Source: Phoronis australis
Taxonomy: Eukaryota; Animalia; Phoronida
Direction of reading: 5' to 3'
DNA: 64,000 bases
Assembly: GCA_002633005.1 (NCBI GenBank)
Contig: NMRA01000244.1
Span: 240,346-304,345 of the forward strand
Part shown: one piece after another, positions 10,801 to 22,800 of the stretch
How the letters are laid out: each line of letters starts with the position of its first letter
How positions within the stretch are numbered: position 1 is the stretch's first letter
Position numbers and translations under genes: made by a program
Notes under the pieces: generated by a model
Told to the model about the DNA's origin: nothing
Database searches by the model: none
Seen by the model: the letters and a program-made list of their open reading frames with translations, nothing else

Positions 10801-13800
10801 ATATCTAAGTTATCACTGGAGATGGAAACCAACTGGTTCCATGACTGAATGCTTGAGAGAGTAACTAGTTCATGGTGGGATTGAACACTAGATGGAGCAG
10901 CCTATTGGTTCTTTGACAGAACACTTGAGAGAGTAACCAGTTGGTTCTGTGACTGAGGACTAGATGGAGATACCAGTACATTGAGACTTTAACAGTGTAA
11001 TGGAGACTGTTCAAGTCTTATGCATAGAAGTCCCTAGGCAGCAATTAAAGTCGGTCATTTTACACTCAGTGACCAGAGGTCTTCATGAAAACCTTCTATT
11101 GCAAGTGATGCTATTCAGATACCTTGATAGCTGTCAGTGAAAATTCATCTGTGGACACCAGAAGGCCTTCCTCTGATTTATCTGTCATACAGCTTCCATA
11201 GTTACTCAGGGATATAGCAGACATTAAGTTCATGTCCACATCGTCACAAAGAGGGTGTTCTCGTACAAGCTGGTTGGTGGCAGCACGTAGCTCATACACA
11301 CATTTACGCAGAGTGAGAAACAAGTGACGTCTGAGAACAGGGCACTGTTTAGAGGGCTTGTGGGTCAGGTTCATTTCCAAGCGTGCTGCAGACAATCTTT
11401 GTGTTATTCTGCAAAGAAAATCATATAGATAAACAACTCATATCATGTCTTCCTAATCAGAAGAACAGTGACTAAATAAGTCTGGCATATTTGGATATTA
11501 ATAATAATAGTGAATTAGCAACGCTGAACTAGTCACTGTGAGAAAAACACTAAATATGGGTGGAGATTTTTTGCTCAAATACCATCAACTGATTTTTTAA
11601 GAAAGTTACAAATCTGGCAAAAATCTTCTTGTGCCAAGTGATTACTATACTGTTTACCTGTAACACACACACACACACACAGGCTAGACCCTAACAAATA
11701 TTACACTTTGCAAGTCATGGTGCATTTGGATGAATTGTTTATGGAAGTCATGCATCAATATTCCAGCCCATAGACCCATAAACACTGCACTATCAACACA
11801 GGTTGGAGGCAAATAAAGGGTTTATTATAGAAATCTCCTTAAACAGTAAATCAACAAACAAGAGTTTAAGCGTCTCATACTTAGACTACCAGTCCGACTT
11901 AACTTGTTGAAGAAGCATTTCCTGACTGACATGAAATGGCCTAGTTTTAGAAGGATTGGCCATCCTGTCAAAATGGACATCTTTATAGTATTCCTTAAGT
12001 ACGAGTAACCTGCATGGGGATGGAAATTCTTTCTATCATGACATAGAAAGGTTTGAGATGTATTTTGTGCAGGTGTAGAGAAACGGAAACCTCGTTCACA
12101 TTATTGAATTGTTTTTTTACAGTAAGAACTTACCTAATCCCAAGTCTAAACAATACAGATCTGGGTTCTCCTGTCTGTATTTCACGGAAGAATTCTTTGA
12201 ATTTATCTCCGAACAGACCCCAAACTCCTGCTATGAACCTTGGTTAAATTGGCCTGCCCAACTTTGTAGGCTACGGTGTGTACAAATACAAATAAATCCG
12301 TAACAGCAAAATAGAACAACACGTTTTTATAAGAACTCGGTGTACTTTTTAAGGGTTTTTCATCGAAGTTTGATGATTTATTGGTGTTAAACGATGAACT
12401 CAAGTTATAACATGACACCAGTATCCCGTGTTGTGAACTGCTGAACAGACTGCGTGTGAAACCAATGATGTCATTGGATAAATTTAAAACCCCCGTCTGC
12501 CATCAGATGTCAGGTAACGCAACCGAACTTGCCGTTATTGAGTAGAACTACTCGATCTAAATTCATTTGATACAAAATAGGTTGTTTTTGGGTGGCATTC
12601 TCCTTTAACTTTGATTGTACTTGGGCGATTTTGGTGATTCAAAAGCTAAACGTGATCATCATTTGATGAGGAATTGAGAAATCTTGTTGATAATATTCAA
12701 AAATTTTATATCTTGACTTTTGTTTCTAACAGCACAACCCAGTCAGGCTCGATATGGTCTGGTCACAGGTTAAAGCAATTATCGAACAAAAAAGAGCTCA
12801 CACTCCAACCATAAATGCAAGAATGGAGTTAATCAGTCGTGCAAGATATTGGCTACAGGAGTCGTCTTCCCAACTTGTTGCTGTGCTGTACAACCGAACA
12901 AGTTGGACTCAGTGGGAGAACGTCATAATGTGTGCTCACAGCAAAAAATTAAAGGAATCACTGAGAGCTTTTCGATAGAGAACCATCACGACTTGCTCAA
13001 TTTGACAATGTCTACAAGGTGTTGTGTGACTGGGGTTGAATAGACTGTCAGAGGTACCAACTTCCCTGAATCTACAACCATATTCTGAAGAGCAGATGTT
13101 TTAACCCCAGCCCCACGATACTTAAAGGACATTTTGGACAATATAGTGGATCGCTATAAAAAGGTTCTAAGTAATGCCTTTAATTTTTTTGCTGTGAGTG
13201 TGGTTGATATAGTTTGTATGCCCTATGAACGAATGTCCCGGGTGAGAACTTTACACGTTTGACACGCTTTTGAGCGATAGCGTGTCGAACGTGTCATGCC
13301 AAAACGTGGCAAAAACGTGGCACTTTTTACACGCTAAGCGTGTCAAACGTGGAGTATTGGAACGAAAATTACAAGTTTTTGACACGTTCTTGACACGTTT
13401 GACACACTACATTTTACACGTTTGACACGCCACGTTTTACACGTTCGACACGTGTTTAGAGCATTCCAATACTCCACGTTTTTGGAGCGTGTCAAATGTG
13501 TCAAATTCTCACCCAGGGTCTTTATTCAAATGTCAATGTTATATTGGTCAAACGGTTTGCAGTCTTTCCCGTCGCTTATCTATGGATCTTCAAAATGGCG
13601 CCATCCAAGATCATTTTCTGCAATGTCACGAACTTAAAATCACCCGGCAAGAAATGTGGAAAATATGTCAATTTGGTACGTAGAGCACGATGTGCTGCAA
13701 CAGAAAATGTGGGAGTCCGTTTTGATCGCATTTAGCAAACAGGGTCGCACTCCATGATTCACTTGTTTGCATGACTTTCCTGTTACCCCCCTTCATTTGT

Positions 13801-16800
13801 CCTTCTTTGCAGTATTTCACACCTACCATGTCCCACTGTGTACGTCTCCAGCTTATGCTCTCTGGTGGTATTACTGCGTCATTTCATTTCTACTAAAGAC
13901 AATGAAACAAGTATGTTTCGAAGTGTCGTGTGTCTTTTCATCATGTCTCTTGGTCAGTTGCTTCACCAACGTTCTGTTGAGTGACGAACTTTGTAAACAC
14001 TAGTGTTGTCAATTTTGCATATAATATATATAATGTATATGTATATGTATGTGTGGGTTTATCATATTACAATAATTGTGCAATTACTTATAACAATATC
14101 CATTTTTGTAAATTTCAATCGACTTTCCAAATGTCCAAGGCACTCTAACACCCGCATGCTTTTGACCTTAAAGTAGCACACTCACACAAATATATTAAAC
14201 ATTATACAATGATGGTATTGATCCTGATTGAAATGTTGACAGTGTGGAAATTGCCAGACATAGTTAATGCATCATGACAAATAGGCAGTCAATTAGTAAA
14301 TGTCACATGGAGACCAATGAATACCTAGCTAAATTGATTCACACTTTTTGTTCTGTTCAATAGTTACACATGATGAAGAAAGTAAGCAAATACAGAAGGT
14401 TTCTCAAGGACCCGAGAGGCACAAGCTAAACATCGTATCATGAGACTTTCTCAGCTTACGCACAGAATGAAAGTACAGGATTATCTACTTAGTCTTGCTG
14501 TCATCTTACTTTGGACACTATATTGGTCCTAGTTAAATTTGCGGGGGCTGTCTGACAGCAACTAAACCGAAGCAAGAACATATGGTTTCTCCACAACTTG
14601 AGAGAATAAGAAAACATTTAAGTCCTTATAGAGGCAAGAGTATTCCGTAACTTTCCAAGCCAAAACACATCTAACTTTTGAAGTTACGTCATGCCTTTAC
14701 TAATAGTTAGGATATGAGACAGTAATAAAAAGTTGGACAATTGCTTGACACGTGTTGCAATCTGGGTAAATACCTTAGAATGAAAGTGGTGCTGTTTAAT
14801 TTCAGGACCGGCTTGCAGAGTAACTAAAGATATAATTTCACTTCAATAAGTTTATTTACAACATTAGTACTTGGCACATGGTTCATGACATGCTGTACTG
14901 GTTTGGGTACTAAGCCTTTCCTCAAAATTCAAATTTGCTAAAATTCTATGCACTTAGACAAACAAATCCGCCACATGAACACATAAAGCAAAATTTCCCT
15001 AACATACATCTACAGAATGATATGGCTAAAGATCTTTCTAAAATATTGACCAATTAAGTAGTGCTCTCAAATGTTCTAATTCAGTGCAATATTTACCTAC
15101 CATCATAGTTTTGAGACAGTATTCACAAAAATGTCAGAATCCTGTGTAGAATGGTTGATTTTGTCAATGATTTCTGTCCACTAGCGAGGTTTTACCATGA
15201 TTGTTAATATTAACATTACGACTCAATGCAAACCAAGAACATTAAAGAAACTAAGTTACAGTTTTCCACCAAATGGAACAACTTTATCCTTTCTCCGCTT
15301 CACACACTTGCTTAAGCACGCGCATATTAGTTCAATGACTTCAAACACTGTAATGACTGACACACCCATTAGAATACCAACTAAGCCTCCAATGTTGGAG
15401 AGAAAAGTGAATTGGTCAGTGGACTCCTGCTCCATCTCCACAACTGTCAGGAGACTCTTCATAGAGATGTCAACCTTCAAGAAATTCTGCCGAATATAGC
15501 TCTGCAGGGCACTATTGTCCCTCTTCATACTTATCGGAATTTTACGACTTTGCAGCTCAAGTTTAGAAGCAGTGGCAAAGAAGCGAAAGTTTGACGGCCA
15601 TTTTGACATGTGAACGTGACTATCGTACAACTGTACAAGGCAGGGTAGTCGACATTCTGGGCAGAGTTTGGAGACACGCCGTTCTTGGAATGCAAGGGTG
15701 AGGTTAAGTTTGCAGTTCATTTTCTCTACGATCTTTGACCTATTGCATGGTGATGCTCCACAGTAAGGCAAGTCTATACCCAGTGTGTCGGTTATTACAG
15801 GCCCGGGCAGGCAGTTACAGGTCTCTGCTACTAGTCTGTTGTAGCACTTCAGGAGACATAGCTGGTAGCTATAAGTGTAAGAGATATTGGTCGTTGGTGA
15901 GTGTATGGCTGGCGGGTCCTTTATACATCTACTGCTATACGGCCACTCCAACCTTTGGATCTCTCGTGGCTTTACAACGACAGCTGCCATTTGACCCACG
16001 GTCACGTGAACTACTTTACTCCAGTACGGATGAGTTCCCTCAGGGTGGATCATCATTTTTACACCAACCTTTCCACCTGTATCCAAATATCTTGTGTATT
16101 TCCCATGCGAAAAATCCACACCATCTCCAACATAGAGTGTCAGACTTAAGGCCCCATACTCCTGCATGCGGATAGGTATATCATTCGGAACCTGCACCTT
16201 TACGCAGTTATAGTGCAGTGGATCTTTGAACACTGTCAAGGTCACATTAGATATTTTACACGATTTTCCTTGGTAGACGCACTCAATAACAAAGTCCTCT
16301 AAATTCTGTCCAAGAAGCGTTGTTACGTCTGGGTTGTATTCATAGAGTACACGAGGCCTCACGGCTGGATCAAGACGCGTCCTAATGTGTCGGAAAGTAA
16401 ACTCACTGTCGCAGCTCTCATTAGTTATTCCCAGTGAATCAAAAAAGTCCTCGACTTGGCTGTAATTTACACGTGCTAAGTCATATGGCATTTCATTGCA
16501 CACTGTGATTACAGGGAACCTGATGTTAGTTCGCAATTCATTCATAGATATGACGGTGTACCTGAACTTGACATAGCATAACGTAATGGATACGACTCCA
16601 ATAACAGCGCCGATCATACACACTGCGACCAACAGACTCCAGAGGGTACGTCTTACTGTACTGGCACTGCCAGGGATACGGGACAGACCATGAGCAGTGG
16701 TGGTCTGACAGAAGTTTGTCCATATACTTTGGACACTGTCTTTCTCCTTAGCACAAGGCATAACGGTGTGGCAACACAAAGTGTATCCTGAAGCACGATC

Positions 16801-19800
16801 GACGGACTTCATTATATAGAATAAAACATTGCACTTTTTTGTTTGTATTCGAAATGGACCCATTAGGCCATCAAGTTAAGTTCAATGTTATGTTTGCATT
16901 AATACTTTAAGTTAAATACTTCATTTAAGCTGAGGGTTAGAAAATGTATGATCAGTGACATTAAAGTGGCATTCTGATATGTCCTTGGTTGGCTTACTTT
17001 TAACGTTAACTGAGATGACTCGACTGTCAGCCATACAAACTGGTTGACTGTGAAGCTGTGAAGTGCAGTTCAATATCATGAGTACCTTAGGAAAGAGGAT
17101 TCCATTTTAATTTGAGTGGTCAACCTTAAATCTAATTCAGTTTTATTGGATTGTAACTAATGCTTTTAGCAATGAATGGACATGGCATCTTTGCAGTGGC
17201 AAATTAATGTGAAAACTAGGTGTGGGATGATACACAGAACACATGTTTAGGAATTTCATTCAACTCAATTGTTTATGTCACATTAATTCATTTTTTTCTC
17301 AAATATAAGTAGTGTTACGTGTTCCTCTACATCACAAAAAATATTTTATTTTAAAATATTGTCTGTGCATGCAGTAAGAGATGTAAGGACTTTTATTAAT
17401 ATTAATTTGATACAAACAATTTGACTTTTCCTGACTGAAAATCACAACTTTTTAAAAGGCTTCCAAGAAGACAGTAGGTTTGTTTACAAGCAAACATCAA
17501 ACCTTGCGGCACGGTTATCCCCCTGTACAGCCCCATCACAGCTGATAGCTTTTCCACATGATTTAAATTATCCAAATTGACAGACAGCTATTATGACAGT
17601 CAATTCAGCTCAGATTCAATTTTACGTTTCTAATACTATAACAATGTCCTGCAAGGAGTCCAAACTTCATATGCTTGATTTTGATTGGTTTTGAGCAGTA
17701 TCTCCCTCATCAATGAAAAGGGGGACTGCTGTTTGCTTGTCTTTGTCAGAGTAAGACCTCACTTACATCTGTTTTTATTAACATAAATTATTAAAAACCA
17801 AAATAAATCGTCAACTGTGTAGAATATTAACAATGAATGAAACCGTAAATAAGACGGAAAAGACTGCCTGATGCCCGCCCATTATGGACTGGTGTCAGAC
17901 TTACCCAGCGTATCCTCTGGAGACCACTTCCATTTCTTGAAGCAGTTTGATAGACTTCCTTATTACACTTAAGAACTTGTTACAACAGTCCATAAACTTG
18001 TTCAGGCTGGACACTTCCTGACTCCATGAGTATTTCTGTCTCCAGTACAGAAGAGCTCCACACAGACCAATGAATGACACCATGCCAAAGACCAGACTCC
18101 CTCGTAACGCAGCATAACTCAGCAGAAGACACAACAAAGACGTACTGTAAGATGAAAACACAAATGTTACAATTAGTTACAAGAGCAAGGAATAATGCAC
18201 TCTGCACATGGAGTCACAATCAGCCATTTCCTGTGAAGAGTTCAAACAAAATATCAGCACAATATTTGTCATGCAATAGTCAACTACATGGGTGCCAGAC
18301 TTTGAGACAGAACCAGTGTGATCTGGTTATTCAGTGGAGGAAACTAGCTTTCAAAATGCGACTGGAGTAATCGCTAGAGGTCGACATCGACCAAGTGAGA
18401 CTCGACGAGACAGTCTGTTCCTGCGTTTTCCACAATAGTTAGCTGTAATATATCCCAGAAACGTCTCAAAGAAATAGAAAAAAATCGATGGTTAGAGGCA
18501 AAATAGCTTTCCCAGTCTCTAGAAGGATGAGACGATATAATCTTTGACAGCCTGGCATTATTTACTGTAAATGACGGGAGAACTGTTTATTAATCTCAAG
18601 CCTTTAATAAGTGAGAGTTTAGCGTTATCGGGTTTTGAAGGGACACAGAATACTTACAAAGAGATTGCCCCCTGACTGGTTCTTGTCACGTTACTTTCTT
18701 GGGAAGGAAGATGTAAACTTTTCAGAAATCGCACATCATCATCTTCAAGTAAAGAACTGTTCACAATGGCTAGAACCACTTGACAAATGAAAGGTTTGAC
18801 CTGAGCAATAGAAGATAATTATTGATCAAGCATATACATTTTATATTTGTTTACCGTGAATGTGTTCATTGTCTCACACATATTCATATTTCACACCATA
18901 GCCTGTGTTAGAACATTGTATTCACTTAAAAAATTTACCCCCAAATTTTGATATCGATAATATAAATTTTCATTCGTTGCCTTCAAGAATTACAGAATCA
19001 TAAATGTTGACACTTTAGAAAACAAGAGCAACGCGGAGCGTTGAAATGCGCCCACAATTGCACCGCATACGGTATCCTTCTAGGGTTGTTTATTGGTACC
19101 ATAAAGTGGCCAGTAGAGGGCATACTTTGCAAAATGGAAAGGCATTTTCATTGTCTCCTTAATAGGCTAGGGGCAAAATGTGAGTAATCTTCATAATACA
19201 AGCACATCCTATACACCAGTTGCTTAAAGCACCACAGAAACATAGAATTAAAAACAAATTTACCAACATACGAGATTAGCACAGCATTAGAATGCCAGAA
19301 ACAAATTTCTACTNNNNNNNNNNNNNNNNNNNNNNNNNNNNNNNNNNNNNNNNNNNNNNNNNNNNNNNNNNNNNNNNNNNNNNNNNNNNNNNNNNNNNNN
19401 NNNNNNNNNNNNNNNNNNNNNNNNNNNNNNNNNNNNNNNNNNNNNNNNNNNNNNNNNNNNNNNNNNNNNNNNNNNNNNNNNNNNNNNNNNNNNNNNNNNN
19501 NNNNNNNNNNNNNNNNNNNNNNNNNNNNNNNNNNNNNNNNNNNNNNNNNNNNNNNNNNNNNNNNNNNNNNNNNNNNNNNNNNNNNNNNNNNNNNNNNNNN
19601 NNNNNNNNNNNNNNNNNNNNNNNNNNNNNNNNNNNNNNNNNNNNNNNNNNNTGAAGATACAAAGGTAAGCGTAAAAAACTAAAATTGCCACTAGGGGGCA
19701 CACCGGTAGTCGGATCCGTCCGAAAGTTCGCACATGCCGTCCCATTCATGAATGGAACATATGTGCCAAATTTCATGAACGTATGTCAAAGGGTTTTGGA

Positions 19801-22800
19801 GATAGAGCAGTGGACGCCGGACGCCAGACGCCGGACGCCGCCCGGACGGACGGACGGACGGACGGACAGAGATGACGGCATAATGCGTCCACATATAAAT
19901 ATGTGGGCGCATAATAAATAAAAAGCTGACATTTGAACACCAAACTCACCATATTATCTTGTAACTGTTGACAAAGTCTTATTGGAAGAGACAACAAATT
20001 CTTGATCCCTGGGTTTCTGTTTACCTGGAATACAAAATCATCTGTTGTGCTCTTTAAGACTGTTAGACCAAAACAGAGTTGAGAACAACAAACAATGGTG
20101 CAACCTAAATTACTTTGAAGTAAATTAAGATTAATCCATTCATACATTCAAAACGTTCCATAATCTTATTTCTTGTTTGATAGGAGTGTACTCCCAAACT
20201 TCATGACGATCGTGGTAAGCGTCAGAAAGTAGGATGAAAAAAGGCGCAAACCAAAACCTATAGTTAGCTGAAAACTGGCAGATGACATCACTTCCTTAAA
20301 ACAAACATTACAGCAAAATTCCACGATTCATCACAGGATTTTGTAAAGGAATGCAACATGCCATGAGAATAACATTTACAGACATTGCTACATAAAGGCT
20401 AGGCTAGGCCAGGTAACACCCCAGCCAAGCAGTAAGTCAAGCCTATTCATAAAGACACGCCTGAGTTAACTTAACCTGTAAATCTTTCTTCAAAAGTACT
20501 GTGCCTGTATTTCCACCAGATTAGGTTTATTGTAATGAAAAGACAAATGGTAAGGTAATGCTCTGTCTGCAGTTGATGGGGATTAGTGGGGTGAAATTTG
20601 TAAATGCAACTTATAAGTCATGGAAAACAGGAATGCCATTAAAACAGAGATGAGTCAGATGCAATACGACTGGTATTGCTTACCTGGATCACAACCAACA
20701 TATTTCATGAAGTCCCTTCAAGGTGTTTAAAAATATCCCTCTGGATGATGCAAGACGGGCACAGGACAGAGATGACATAGTATATGTCCTGCCACACAGG
20801 AGGGGTCACATATGCGTAATATGTGGGTGCATCAAAATGAAACGCAGCAACTAATGAAAATTGAAACGCAGCTCAGTGTATTCCATAATCACCCTCATTA
20901 ACACAAAGTAACAGTCAAACTAATGCCTGGCCTGTTATCGAGATTCCCTTCTGATACTTAATTCACGCACTAACAAAAATGTGCTTGGGGTAAAATGGAA
21001 ATGAGTAAAGGATTATTGAGAGGTCACCCAACCTCTGATGCCGTGCCAAGAGGAACGAGGCGACCTGTCTAACAAGATTAAAGCACTGGACTCTCAATGA
21101 GATTACTCGATTTGAAAAAGTGAGCGTTTTCCGCGCCTGCTCGTAATGTGGCGGACACACCTTCAATTTGTCTGAATCATCATTTGCCTGTTGCCTGCTT
21201 ACTGGCACCACAGTTACATCTTCTACACCAACTTGTGACAGGTACTTGTGGAGACAGGAGTTCTGGAAGAAAACGCACGAAGACAGTGGTCAGCACCACT
21301 AACACATAAAGACAATGGTCAGTATAACTAACACATAAAGACAATGGTCAGTACCACTAACACATAAAGACAATGGTCAGTATAACTAACACATAAAGAC
21401 AGAAGTCTATACAGCCATTAAATAAGACACGTCAACTTTCAGACAACTTAACCATTAAGTATAAGACTGACGATAAATAGGAATCGATACTGGTTGGCAA
21501 TTTAAGCAAAGCTTGCTTTTCTACTAGTTTGCCACAACTCCATTTGCAGTCCTTTCACCATAAAGTAACTTGGTCAACTGTGCGAAACTTTGCCACTCCC
21601 GGCAAACACATGACACTTACTGTGTTTATTGTAGCAATGAAAATCAATATGCTCCCACTTTTTTAAAAATTAGAAAAGTCAGACATCAATTTCGAAACTT
21701 TACCTTCCCAATATACATACATGCCATTTGCTCAAATTTTTGTTTGGTTAAAGCGACTTCTTTTGAGAGATGGCAACAACTTCACAGACATAAAATTTGC
21801 TCAATTTTTAGTTCGTTCAGGCTTATTTACACAAAAAAATATTAACCAAGACCAACTCCTTCAGGTTACTGTGCGCAAATTTGTGAATAAGAATAGGGGA
21901 TTTGGCGAAACTGCCAACAGATGGCACTCTATTACTCTCTTGCAAGTGCTCGCCAAATGCAACCTGACAAAATTCCCAGGTCGGCAAATGGTAAATGAGC
22001 TCGACGAAACAACGAAATGCAGAATGTGGTATTGAAAAAGTCCTGGCCCTTCAAAGCCACATCCAATTTCCCCTCAGGGATCAATATTCCGTTCACACTC
22101 ACCTACATTCTAAGGGAAATGCAAACAGTCAGGACACTTAGTTTGTGCATGAGTAATCAAGCACATACCAATTCTGTAATTATATTTCCAGTGATATTTT
22201 GAGTGAGTGCTTGGATATTTGCGTGGTGACTTTGAAACTTTTACGAGCTGTCCAAACAAAATCTAAGACCATATTTCTGGCTTGGAGAGGTATCTAGTCG
22301 GCATAGTGGCTTAGAACTTTGTGGACGGTAAATCATGGGTGTTCTTCAAACATGCAAGTTCAGTGAAAGTAGTTCCTTATGAACCCATACCCCCTTTTCT
22401 CACATGATTTAGTCCGGAGCAAATTATGGTTGGACAACTTGGAACATACTAGTACCTAGATACCTTTCACACTAGACTTTGTTAAACTTCCATCATCGTA
22501 AATTAAATGATGCCCTGACGAGATGTCGTCACTGTGGTACACCCTGCTCACTAGTTTGTGAGATCACCACGAGAAGTCTCTGGTATCACGTGTTTTGAGT
22601 TAAGTAGAATTATACTCTTTTCTAGTAATTATCAGTAATACACTACAGTGACCCCATACCAAAACACTCTGATGAAAAAATCGGTGTAGCAAGAAATAGT
22701 TCTTCCTGCTGTTAGGGACGATTTAAGTATTAATGTCGAGTTTTGTTAGGAAGAGAACTGAGCTAACATGAAGGCAAGATGCACACAGGAAACTATTGAG

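Noticed and set aside
19287-19776. Long ORFs over the N run
   Set aside because: Artefacts of untranslatable n bases.
20684-20740. AG...GTAAG-bounded segment as an extra vezatin exon
   Set aside because: Has a TGA in the required phase-0 frame, and the gene model is consistent without it; a poison exon is not excluded but unsupported.
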